A stretch of 64,000 nt of DNA from Octopus bimaculoides (GCF_001194135.2 NC_068995.1:2744477-2808476); one strand, 5' to 3'; counted from the first letter of the stretch, positions 1-11,215 are shown. A program made the numbers and translations. The notes: generated from the sequence alone by a model not told the origin.

Positions 1-734
1 GGTTGCACTCGCACCCACTGCACCTGAGCCTAATTGATGCCTTTCAGGAAGAAATTAAATATTTAAAAAAAACAAAAAAAAACATGAATTTACAAATGTC
101 TGTTGTTTTTAAATTAGCAATGATTTAACAGATTTATTATCAGAAGCGTTCCAGATATGGCCATCCTGTCTTTTTGTGTTTCTAACATTATACTGTCCAA
201 TAGATAATTCTTTTTCGAGTAAGGTACAATTTGAAAGATTTAGCTGTTGATTTTAGCCAGTCAAGCTCCCTCATTTTCATAAGATGTCTTAAAGTTATTC
301 TACATTCTTTATGGTTATCAGTAATTGGACTGTGGCCAAACTGGGGCATCCACATTCAGGGGTTTTACTCACCTTAACCCCAGGAGCTAATGATTTAACA
401 GCCATCAACAAAATGTTTGACAAAGGAACGTAACTCAACTCACCAGTTTACATTGTCAAACATGGGGGAATGGATGGACACACAGTAGTGTTCCTAGATT
501 GGGTGGTGGATTTCTTAATGTGTAATAGTGGTAGCGTATTCCACAGACATCTTTTTATCTTTTCAGCCATGCTGGAAAACCACTTTGAAGAATTTTTAGT
601 TGAATGAACCAACTCCGTACTTTTTTTTTTCTTTTTAAGCCTTCGCAGCATTTGAACCTAAAGACAAATGAAATGCCACCCAGCATTTTATCCAATGTGC
701 TGACAATTCCACCAGCTCACTTCCTAACAATACT

Positions 735-945
735 AAGGATTTCAAATTTTGGCACAAGGCCAGCAATTTCAAGGGGGGTGGGGAGTAAGTGGATTACATC
801 ACCCTCAATGCTCGACTGGTACTAATTTTATCGACCCTAAAAGATGGAAAACAAAGTTGACCTCGGTGGAATTTGAACTCAGAAAGTAACAGACAAAATG
901 CTACTCAACATTTTCCCTGGCACACTAACCGGTCACGCTACCTTA
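735..945 (-). mobile_element. SINE family B copy (tRNA-like head: tggcagaatc A-box, gagttcaaattcc B-box)
   Basis: Similar to many other copies in the window (2145-2360, 12752-12922, 14550-14745, 29975-30190, 37000-37215, 53850-54070). Confidence 0.85.
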
Positions 946-1017
946 ATGGTAACCGTGGCAATAAAGTACAAACTTAAGCGAACAAATACTGAAAGGTTTT
1001 TGAAACACTTCACTTAC

Positions 1018-1093
1018 CAGACTGTGAAAACAGGATTACATGTTTGTAAATATCTGGAGCAAGCAGTAGAAACCCAGGCAGTGGGAGAGCATG
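1018..1093 (-). CDS. SLC35B4: SLC35B4-like exon (76 nt)
   Basis: ctcgtttcag|CAT GCT...TCT G|gtaagt; HALPLPGFLLLAPDIYKHVILFSQS. Confidence 0.96.
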
Positions 1094-1624
1094 CTGAAAC
1101 GAGAAATGAGAAAGAAAAAACCATCAGAGAATGGCCTTCCTCACCCTCGATCACAGCTGTAAATTCAATTTCTATTAAGATTAATATGACTGACTTGGTC
1201 GTGTAAAACTCAGGATTGTTGAAGGAAAAAAAAAAGATTTTGTAGACATCTGCTTGTTTTATTAAAGCCATTGTCTCTAGTATGAAATAGCTGTGAGGCA
1301 CAATTGAAACTGTGTTTACTAGAGCAGGAGTAGAAACAAGACACAAAATTTAATAGTGAAGAGATACTTTATATGAAATAAAAACCTGTTTATTCAGGTC
1401 ACTGCAATGAAAATACCTGAAATATAATCTTAGAGATTTCAAGGTTTTAAGAATATTCATCATCATCTCTTTAACATCCACATTTCTATGCATGCATGGG
1501 TCGGACAAAATTTGTTGAGGTGGCTACATCTGGATGTTCTTCCTGTCACCAACACTTACCTGTTTCCAAGGAAGGTAATGTTTCTCCATGACCAGACATG
1601 CTTCTGCAGAAGATTGGAAAGAAA

Positions 1625-1840
1625 GGACACAGCTTTCGTGACAGTAATACTTGCATACAACCATTACACGATGCCAAATCAAAGAGACAGTAACACATAC
1701 ATACAATTGACAGGCTTCTTTCAGTTTCCATCTACTAAATCCACTCCCAATGCTTTGGTTGGCCCATCACCAAAGTGCCGTGCAGTAGGACTGAACCCGG
1801 GACCATGTGGCTAGGAAGCAAACTACATACCATACAGCCA
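1625..1840 (-). mobile_element. SINE family A copy (tRNA-like head, CORE-like ccttgggcaagtg motif)
   Basis: Shares ggcttctttcagtttccatctaccaaatccactcacaagg with about 20 other loci in the window. Confidence 0.8.
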
Positions 1841-1859
1841 TATCACACTTCATACCATT

Positions 1860-2520
1860 CTAATTTAAGCACAAGGCCAACAGTTTTAATGGTAAGGACT
1901 TAGTTGAATCCTGTCATGTACTGGTACATGACAGGTATTTTAGTTCATTGACCCAGGAGGGATGAAAGACAAAGTTGATTTTAAAGGAAATTGAATTTTA
2001 TACTGGGGTCAACTTTAATCCCTCTCGCACCAATAAAACAAAGTAGAAGTCAAGGACTGATGGTCAGTTAAATCAACTGATCCCATCTTTTAAATCCCAG
2101 GCCTTGTGCCAAAATTTGAAGCCATTATAATTATTATTATTATTAAGGCAGCAAGCTGACAGAATCATTAGCACGCTGAGCGAAATGCTTAGTGGTATTT
2201 CACCCGTCCTGACGTTCTGAGTTCAAATTCTGCCAAGGTTGGCTTTGCCTTTTGATCCTTTTGGGGGTCAATAAAAATAAGTACCAGTTTAATACTGGGG
2301 TCAATGTAATCGACTTATCCTCTCCCACTAGATTTGAGGCCTTGTGCTTCTAGTAGAAAGAATTATTATTATTATTATTTAGGTGGCACGCTGGCAGAAT
2401 CATTAGAATGCTGGACGAAATGCTTAGAGGTATTTCGCCCATCGCTGTGTTCCAAGTTCAAATTCCATCGTGGTCGATAAAATAAGTACCAGTTAAACAC
2501 TGGGGTTGATGTAATCGATT
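1860..2520. mobile_element. Cluster of four family B SINE copies or fragments (one minus, three plus), the plus copies joined by (ATT)n
   Basis: Recurrent gagttcaaatt/gtcgataaaataagtaccag/ggccttgtgcc blocks separated by attattatt runs. Confidence 0.8.
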
Positions 2521-2780
2521 CACGACAGGCTTCTTTCAGTTTCCAACTTCCAAATTCACTCATAAGGCTTTGGTTGACTCAGGACTGAAGCAGACAGTAG
2601 TTGTGCAAAGTGCCACATTGTGGGACTGAACTTTAAACCACATGACTGGGAAGCAAACTTGTTTACCACACAGCCAGGCCTGGACCTAAACATAGATAAA
2701 CAATTGCAGTAAAAAAAGATTCTAAGAAGCAAAATCACTTTGGAAACCTAAGTTTGAGATCAAAGTTAAAATTAACTTAC

Positions 2781-2890
2781 ATTGAAGAATAATGCTTCTG
2801 AAGGATGTTTACCAAACTTCTTATAAATAACTTCTTGGAAGATTCCCATTCTTGCCGACATAAATAGAGCAAACAACAACATAAAAATTC
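2781..2890 (-). CDS. SLC35B4: SLC35B4-like exon (110 nt)
   Basis: ttttcag|ga ATT...TTC AAT|gtaagt; IFMLLFALFMSARMGIFQEVIYKKFGKHPSEALFFN with the motif MSARMGIFQE. Confidence 0.97.
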
Positions 2891-4654
2891 CTGAAAAAAA
2901 AAAATGAAAGACAAAAATGTTTAGAGAAATTCTTGCAATTCCAGATTTAATTTTTCTTCTTGCACAGTTTTTGTTAGAAATAACACAGATACACATTTAG
3001 AGAACAGAGCTGGACATTTGAGGGGAAGGGTTGTTGTAGTTGCTTCAGGTTTTTAAAAAATTTGTAATTATTTTGGTAACCTTACAAGATTGAACAACTA
3101 AACAAGAGTAAGATTTGAACACAGGACTACAGATCATTCACTCAGTTACTCTCGAGAAAGTCAACTCCTGTTCTGCCAGTGATCCAAATATTTTTATGAA
3201 GTTCTTCATATCTGTTCTAGTTAAAACCATCTTCTATTCTTTACTTGATTCAGTCATTAGATTGAGGCACCACCTAGAGGAATTTTTAATTGAATACATT
3301 GACCCCTGTACTTTTTTAAGCCTAGTAATTATTCTATCAGTCTCTCTGCCAAACCACTAAGTTACAGGGATGTAAACACACCAACACCAGTTGTGGTAGG
3401 AGACACACATACACACAAACAGGCTTCTTTCAGTTTCCATCCACCAAATCCATTCACAAGGCTTTGGTTGGCCTGAGGCTATAGTAGAAGACACCTGCCA
3501 AAGGTGCCACAAAGAAGGACATTTTGAATAATGTACATTTAAAAAGCCCAATTGAAAAAATGAAAAGGTATAAATTCAAGTCTGGCCTGGTTAGTGTAAA
3601 GCTCTCTTGTATCACCCCATGCTGTCTTGAGACTTCAGTGAATAACATCATAATCATCATTTTACATTCATTTTCAATGCTGGCATGGGTTGGGAGGGTC
3701 AATCACAGTTTGAGTTCTTACCCAAAGTTTATTACCTTCAGGGGACCATATCTTGTTTGTATGTTTCCCTTTTTGGCTTCATTCCTACAATGCTCTTCCT
3801 GACATCAACCATTTTACAGATTATATAGGGTATATTTTTCTGTGGCATCAAATGTAGTTTAAGGTTTAATTAAAAAAAAATGTGTTGGTCATGACTGGAA
3901 CACCTTTGATCATGCAACTGGTCAATCAGGGCTGACCAATGGCTCAACAACATCATAGACCAGGAGTAGTGCAGGAATACTTTCTGATGCTGCTGTGTAC
4001 TGCATTCTCCAACACATTTCAAACAATACATGATGGTGATGTCGATGATGAAGTAATTGTTTTCAAATTTATGTTTCCCTGGTGTTAAAAATAGAGACAC
4101 ACCTACATAGACTCTAGTTAGTTAATTAGGCAGGTATTTGGGGTGGGGGGTGGGAGAATGGTAGAGTTCAGTGATAGGAACTGCTCAGAGAAAACAAAAA
4201 CTGAACTATTGTACACAAACAGAAGTTGTTCCTTCTATTGATGGAACATAAAAACAGAATTAAACTAACTCCAACAGAGACATTGAATAGCTGCAGGTAT
4301 TTCCCTCGTTAATGAAGACAATCATTAATTACGTGCAGACATTTCGGTAACAACAACAGCTCTAGTAACAATAACAACAGGAACAATAGTAACAAGAAGA
4401 ACAGTAATTGTAGTAACACTAACAACAACAACAACATCATAAGAAACGAGAGTATCCTCAGCAGCAGCAAAAATTGGAAGCAGAATCATTATCAAAAACA
4501 ACAACAAAGAAAACAAGAGAAGCAACATAAAACAACAGCAACCACAACAACAGCATCAACAACAATGAGGTGAAGCTGCAATGAATTATTATTTTCAGTA
4601 ATCAATTTGTTCTTTAAATGGGCTATTTAGAGAATAAATAGTAAATAATTGAGT

Positions 4655-5160
4655 CACCATCGTCATCATCATTTAACATCCCTGTTCCATGCTGGCATGG
4701 GTTGGATGCGTCAACAGGATGAACTGGAGGCCTGCATTGAGTTCCAAAGTCTGCTTTGGCAATGGTTTCTATGGTTAGATGTCCTTCTTAACACCAACCC
4801 CTTTACAGACAGTATAGAGTGCTTTATTTGTAGCACCAGCACTAGTGAGGTCATCATGGAATTTGCAAGCCCCCTTGACTGAGTGGAAGTACGGTAGAGG
4901 TGTGAAAGGCTAAAGTATGATGGAGGAACAAAAACAGATGGTACTGGCACTGACCACGCTTGAATGGTGTTTTTACGTACCACTAGCACGGGAGCCAGTC
5001 AGTCAGCATTGGCAATGACCACACTCGAACTGTGTTTTTTATATGCCACCAGAAAGGGTGCCATTTAGGTGGTACTGTCATCAGCCATGACAATGATTTC
5101 ACTTGACTCAACAGGTTTCCACAAGCGCAGGTTATTGCCCAATGATTGAAGAGTACTCTT
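4655..5160. mobile_element. Family C repeat (RTE-like, (CAT)n-terminated) copy
   Basis: catcatcatttaacatcc..ccatgctggcatgggttgga start shared with 1460, 3650, 8090, 21187, 27760, 34140, 61130; RTE assignment is inference from the microsatellite tail. Confidence 0.7.
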
Positions 5161-5998
5161 AAATGGGCCGATATGCTGTACTGGCATAGGCCACTAAATG
5201 AATATGAAAGTTTGATGTGAGGCCCTAATTTAGGTCACTTGAAAACAAGGTGTTTGCATCATAGGGCCAGGGACAGTCTCAGTCAGGCTGGCATCAAGAA
5301 TAAAAGACTTGTTGAAGCAAATTCATATTGAACAGCTGACATAACTCGGTGTCAAGTTCCAAGTTTATTTTTTTCCTTTTGATACGTCAGTCGAAGTAGC
5401 AGAGGTTGGGGGCGGGGGGGGGGTAGTTGAAAGATGAGAGGAATGAATATCAAAGTACAGGAGAACCTTGCTTGCCAGAAAGAGATTGGGGCGGCGAGGG
5501 AGGTGGGGCATAGGTGGGAGTAGAAGAGAGAGGAATCAAAACAAAGCAATAAAAGAGGTTTCAAAGTTAAATTTGTAAATTACTATCTGATACTGTAAAT
5601 AAACATTTCTGATTTGTGTATACCGACGTATATATACAGAGAGAGAGAGAGATAGAAAAGGAGGTGCATGTGTATGTACATATATATATATACACACACA
5701 TATATACACATACACATGCACACATACACACATATATACGTATACATATACATAGACAAACTCAAATATGAGCACAGACACACTCACGTGTGACAAGCTT
5801 CAGTACAGTTTCTGTCAACTAAATTCCACTCACAAGGCAGTTTCTGTCAACTAAATTCCACTCACAGCACCTTCCACTTGGTTACCCCAAGTGGAAGGTG
5901 CTGTGCTATGAGATCAAACCCAAGACACAGTTACACATGATAAATGTACAAAAGAAGAGTCTACCAACTGGAGTCAGTATATAAAAGAGTCGACTTAC

Positions 5999-6059
5999 CA
6001 ATGAGCCACATGAAATAGTCATAGGTAGAGTCACCATCTTCTGTGTCCTCCTGAGGTTT
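5999..6059 (-). CDS. SLC35B4: SLC35B4-like exon (61 nt, variable loop)
   Basis: ttattttcag|AAA CCT...ATT G|gtaagt; KPQEDTEDGDSTYDYFMWLI(G); phase 0 to phase 1 bridges the flanking exons exactly. Confidence 0.9.
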
Positions 6060-6810
6060 CTGAAAATAATAAAAGAGACAGTGATGTCCAAAATACCTAA
6101 ATCAGTGACCGGTCATTATTGTCATAGCAACCAGGTGACAATGAGAGGTCACCTACCAAATATGTAAGAGACATCATGTACCAGTTATCTTATGAGACTC
6201 TATCTACCTGGTGAGTGTTGGACACCCTCCGGCAGGCAGGCATGAATATCCTCTACCAGGTAAGTATGAAACACTATCTACTTGATGAGTATAGGACATT
6301 GTGTACAAGGTGAGTGTGAAATATCATCTTCCAGGTGGGTGTGGAATATCATCTTCACTTGCATGAATTTAAAGGATGAGATATATTCAAATGACACAAT
6401 TACAGGTCACCCAATGCCAGCAGTAGAGCACCCATGCTACAGTTATTGGTTGGCCATACTATAACCAGGTTACCCAGGGCTACAGTCCTTTCTCTCATAC
6501 TGTCTTTTGAAATAATCTCTTCAGCATTCCCATCACTCAACTGATTAAAGCCATCTAATCTGATAAGATTAGTCCCATTGCACCACTGAAAACTGGGTCT
6601 TTGAATTCGTAAGTGCCACATGATTCACAATAACTGCTATTAATTCTGTCCCCTAACATGTAAAATTCTTTGGCACCCAAACCTGAATGAGGAAAACATC
6701 AGACCATGGTCAGTAGAGAGAACATACTGAGGCCTTCGTCCAGTAGTGGACTGAACATGTGCAAGGATGATGTATGTATGTACGTACATATGTACATTCT
6801 ACAAAAAAAG

Positions 6811-7061
6811 GTAAAGGTAAAATTACCTTCTTGAGTCATGCCAGGTTCATAAGGTCCAGTTTCCTGGTTTCCATGGCATATATATTCCCCACCTGGATGG
6901 GACACTAGTCCATTGCAGGGTTACTCCTTTTTGCCAGCTGAGCGGACTGGAGCAATATGAGAACGAAGTGTCTTGCTCAAGAACATAACACGTTGCCCAG
7001 TCCAGGAATAGAAACCACAATCTTACGATCATGAGATTAACACACTAAGCAATGCGCCTCC
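6811..7061 (-). mobile_element. SINE family E copy (tRNA-like head, ttgagcaagacac motif, GGTAAA-type tail)
   Basis: Homologous to 52895-53125(-), 49300-49410(-), 7705-7810(+). Confidence 0.8.
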
Positions 7062-7298
7062 AATATATACACTCTACAGCACTTCAGGCAATAAATTAAA
7101 AAAAACCCAGTTCATATTTAACTGTAGTTTAGCCTCATTAAAAGAAAATGTAAGGCAGATCATAGAAAAAACATTGAGTGTGGAGGATGTCAACTATCTT
7201 AAGCAAACAATGAGAGAAAAAGAGATGTTTTTGGAAGCTGGTCGAGTCCGAGGAAGGAGGATTAGTGAAGGTAACAGGAGTGAAGATGAGAAACTTAC

Positions 7299-7380
7299 CA
7301 GATGTTTTGAAGACGCTATTGTACAAAATACAATTCCAACACTGATCATAAAAACTGCCAAATATTTACTCATTTTATAT
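7299..7380 (-). CDS. SLC35B4: SLC35B4-like exon (82 nt)
   Basis: tttcag|a TAT AAA...CAT CTG|gtaagt; YKMSKYLAVFMISVGIVFCTIASSKHL; lies inside ORF 7194..7433(-). Confidence 0.95.
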
Positions 7381-8291
7381 CTGAAATAAAGATAAAGAAA
7401 TATTACCGAATTAGATTGATTAGCTATGCTCATTACTGTATTAAATAATTAATTACAACACTGACCATAAATATAACTGTATTTTTACTCGTTTTATTAC
7501 ATCAGAAGTAGAAATACTTAAATATTACTGCATTAGATCTATCTATTGTGTACCATAGCACATGAATGGTTGTGTGGTTAAGAAGTTTGCTTCCCAAGGA
7601 TAAGGTTTCAGGTTCAATCCCACAGCATGGTTCCTTGGACAAGTGTCTTCCACTATAGCCTCAAACCAACCAAAGCTTTGTGAGTCAATTTGTGCATGCG
7701 TGAAGGTACATGGCCTAATAGTTAAATTGTTGCATTTACAAACGTTAGACCGTGGGTTCAATTCTCAGACCAGGCAGTGCATTGTGTTCTTGAGCAAAAC
7801 ACCTCATTTCATGTTGCTATGTTGGTGGGAAAGCAGCAGAATCGTTGGTATGTCAGTAGAAACGCTTTACAGTATATCTTCCCGTTCTCTACATTCTGAA
7901 TTCAAATCCCACCTGTCTGGTGATGAGAAACCACTCCAGTATTCATCCCAGGTCTAGTCAAGGTAGCCAAAGTTCTAGTAATCTACTTAATGGCAGCAGG
8001 GGGTTGTGGGCCCTCCCAGGTCTTATAGAGTGTGCTGGAGGAGGTTTACATACACAGGACATGCTCAAGGGCAGACCACCACAAGACGAGACAAATCATC
8101 ATTTAACATCTTGGCCTGGGTTGGACCATTTGGTAGAATTTGACAGGTGCTGAAAAGCAAAAGTATGACAGAGGAATAGGAACAGCTAGTTGTCTTGCTG
8201 TAGGGGCGATACATGACTTTTTCTCTATTATATATATATATATATGTGTGTGAGAGTATTGTAATTCGCTTGAAGCATCGTTTATTGTTTG

Positions 8292-8520
8292 TAAAGAATA
8301 AAGTGTTTTGAATGGCACAACAATGCACCATAATATAAACAATGGACCATAAGAACTGTTGTAATTTAATCATCCAGAGTCTGATATGATATTTCGGAAT
8401 ATAAAATTCCTTCTTTAGGGAATATCATATCAGACTCTGGATGATTAAATTACAAGTTATTATAGTGCATTGTTGTTATTATAGTGCATTGTTGTGCCAT
8501 TCAAAACACTTTATTCTTTA
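8292..8520. repeat. About 100-bp-arm inverted repeat (fold-back) with about 27-nt loop
   Basis: taaagaataaagtgttttgaatggcacaacaatgcac...catccagagtctgatatgatatt mirrored by aatatcatatcagactctggatg...gtgcattgttgtgccattcaaaacactttattcttta. Confidence 0.95.
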
Positions 8521-8539
8521 TATATATATATATCTAGTG

Positions 8540-8700
8540 ATTTTTGAAGTTGCCTTCACATAACCCGTTGTAACTCTTCTTTTGGTTATGTTTTCATCTA
8601 GTGTTGCTGTAACTTTTGCCTCATACATGATTGATTTAATTATGCACCCTTGATCAAGTGGACAGGTTCCTGGATCTTGACTGTTACTACCGAGAGTAGG
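8540..8700 (-). pseudogene. Penelope-like element GIY-YIG endonuclease relic
   Basis: ORF 8518..8814(-) contains TCPLDQGCIIKSIMYEAKVT, resembling the PLE CPLxGxCxxxSxxYxAxV motif preceding the YIG; the YIG itself is decayed. Confidence 0.65.
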
Positions 8701-9025
8701 CTCTTGGTTGTGAGGCGGCTTTCCACCCAGACTTGTACCCCAGAGGGGAACCTCTTCGGTGCACCCATGGTCATTCCTGACCAACAGAGTCGAGTGTGTG
8801 TGTGTGTGTGTCAAAATAAAATATTTGATAGACAGAGTTTAGACATTGACATCCATCCTAAAAGAGTTAGTCCATATCATAAGAAAGTAGGTCTATACTC
8901 CAGTAATCTCTTCTTCTGTACAGTCTAAAACAGTCTGAGAGCTGAAGACCGATAAGAGGAGGAGGTTTAAGAGTGGACAATACAAGGACAGAAGGCCAAG
9001 ACTGGTTACAAATATATCGACTTAC

Positions 9026-9075
9026 CTTTTCTTTAGAAGAATTACACAAAGAATTAAATTAGCCATCAAGGAACC
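9026..9075 (-). CDS. SLC35B4: SLC35B4-like exon (50 nt)
   Basis: ccaacag|GGT TCC...AAA AG|gtaagt; GSLMANLILCVILLKK(R). Confidence 0.95.
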
Positions 9076-9469
9076 CTGTTGGAAGAACAAGAAAAATATG
9101 TCAGTCGACAGAGGTTTATCTGTTTTGAAACAACTAAACAACCACTTTTAATACTAATTTAGTCTTCGATATATTATGTATTACTGCAAAGTGGGACAGT
9201 CATGGTTGGAGCATCTTTGATCACAGGAGTCACCTTGGGTTCAACAACCACTAATAATGGCCAGTAATTGTGGGAAGGGGGGGCATGTCGATTACATCAA
9301 CCCCAGTAATTAACTGGTACTTATTTTTTTATCGAACCCCAAAGGGATAAAAGATAAAACTGACTCCAATGGAATTTGAACTCAGAATATAAAAATGGAT
9401 AAAATGTTGCTAAGTATTTTGCCCAGCACTGTAAGGATTCTATCAGCTTGCTGCCTGACACTATTCTCT

Positions 9470-9670
9470 TACTTCAGTCATTTGACTGCAGCCATGCTGG
9501 AGCACCACCTTTAGTTGAGCAAATCAACCCCAGGACTTATTTGTAAGCGTAGTACTTACTCTATCGGTCTCTTTTGCCGAACCGCTAAGTTATGGAGACA
9601 TAAACACACCAGCATTGGTTGTCAAGTGACAGTCGGGGGACAAACACAGACTCACAAACATACACACACA

Positions 9671-9705
<35 letters not shown>

Positions 9706-9750
9706 GCGATAGGCTTCTTTCAGTCCCCGTCTACCAAATCCACTCACAAG
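9470..9750 (-). mobile_element. SINE family A body and tail, 5' part replaced by family D
   Basis: Matches the full-length A copy at 55058-55410 from ccttgtgagtgg onward. Confidence 0.85.
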
Positions 9751-9924
9751 GCTGATACACCCTCCAGCCTTCATCAGGTGTTTTCGGGAAATTTTGAACC
9801 TGGGTTCTCATTCCTAAGGTATTTTTCAATGTTGTTATTATTACTATTCAAGTCACTGCCTGGAATCAAACTCGGAATCTTGAGGTTAGTAGCCCGCTCT
9901 CTTAACCACTACGCCATATGCCCG
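9751..9924 (-). mobile_element. SINE family D copy (tRNA-Arg-like head, internal (AAT/AAC)n, CTGATGA-stem 3' end)
   Basis: ggcatatggcgtagtggttaagagagcgggctactaacctcaagattccgagtttgattcc head; homologous to 9962-10131 and 25868-25962. Confidence 0.9.
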
Positions 9925-9961
9925 TTCAAATATTTGCTACTACCACTGAGATCTATACCCG

Positions 9962-10131
9962 TAGGCATATGACATAGTGGTTAAGAGTGCAGGCTACTAA
10001 CTCCAAGATTCCGAGTTCGATTCCAGGCAGTGACCTGAATAATAATAAAAATAATAACAACAACAACAACAACATCGAAAAATACCTTAGGAATGAGAAC
10101 CCAGGTTCGAAATTTCCCAAAGACACCTGAT
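9962..10131 (+). mobile_element. SINE family D copy, inverted relative to the previous one
   Basis: Reverse-complement match to 9773-9924; truncated at cacctgat. Confidence 0.9.
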
Positions 10132-10134
10132 CAA

Positions 10135-10272
10135 TGTCTGGGTGTGATTTTATGCCAATCAACCAGTTGGCCTTCTAATCAATGCAATCTCAGATGTCTG
10201 TATGGACAGCAGTAGAGCCATCCATTGAGAGCCCCACCTGGGCTTTGTGGGGTGGCAAGAAGAAGAAGAAGA
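10135..10272 (+). mobile_element. Probable RTE LINE 3' end with (GAA)n tail
   Basis: cccacctgggctttgtggggtggcaagaagaagaagaagaa; the tail style is typical of RTE (recalled, not searched). Confidence 0.45.
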
Positions 10273-11124
10273 ATGGTAGTTGGCTGTGAAAATATTGCCT
10301 CAACACTTCATACATACACTCACACACACACGTACATATATATATTTACAGACATGTTTATTACAGATATAAATAGATGCACACAAAGATGTATATATTA
10401 TACATACAACAAATGCACACATCAATCTTCACACAAAACATATATATATATACACACACACAGACCTACATACACACAGCTACAATCAGCAACATACATT
10501 TCATACATACATATTCCTTCCATGTTTGTAAGCATTTATAACTGTGTGCAACATAGTTGCAGATGCACATTTGAATGGGGTCATATCAGACTGCTGTTGG
10601 AAGGGGCACCAGCTGATTTGTATGCGGATGTATGTAAATACTATACACACATGTAAATGCTTGTGTAAGTATATGCATGTAGTAGTTAGTGCATGTGTGT
10701 GTGTGTGGCACAGAGAAAGAGTGAGAGGGACAAAGAGAGAGAGACAGACAGACATACAGGGAAAGAGAGAGAGGGTGGGAAGGAGGGAGACGTTTGTAGT
10801 CAGCTTAACAAATCTGCCACTCCACTTACCCTGGGGTATCACAGCTATGAGTCAGTTTGTGTGGGTGAGAGGTGGCAGAGAAAAAATTAGAAAAAAGGAG
10901 TAAGTGAATGCGAGTCCTTTCACTGGGTCTTCACATCAACCCCGCCCCACCTCCCTCTGCACCTAATCCCCTAATCAGGTTCAACCCCCATTCTTTGCAG
11001 CTGTTATTAAGGACATCTAAATATTTCCATGGACATAATTCATATCATATCGGTAATAATGACAAGAGGTTGTGTAAAATCCCCTTTTGTAGGGTGTTAG
11101 CTGCGGAATGGCTACTACTACCAT

Positions 11125-11152
11125 ATAACTACTACTGCTGCTGCTGCTGCTG

Positions 11153-11215
<63 letters not shown>

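Noticed and set aside
1-1017. Search for the next SLC35B4 exon
   Set aside because: No frame resembling the expected ..WxYLxxNxxTQ segment with splice sites; the region is mostly repeats, so the exon is probably outside the window
898-1206. Plus-strand 102-aa ORF with an apparent acceptor at 1020
   Set aside because: Starts in a SINE and is the antisense shadow of the 76-nt SLC35B4 exon
7174-7389. Plus-strand 71-aa ORF
   Set aside because: Antisense to the 82-nt exon; no recognisable domain
9962-10035. Possible tRNA gene
   Set aside because: Anticodon and acceptor stems pair poorly and the sequence continues into a shared SINE body present in three copies
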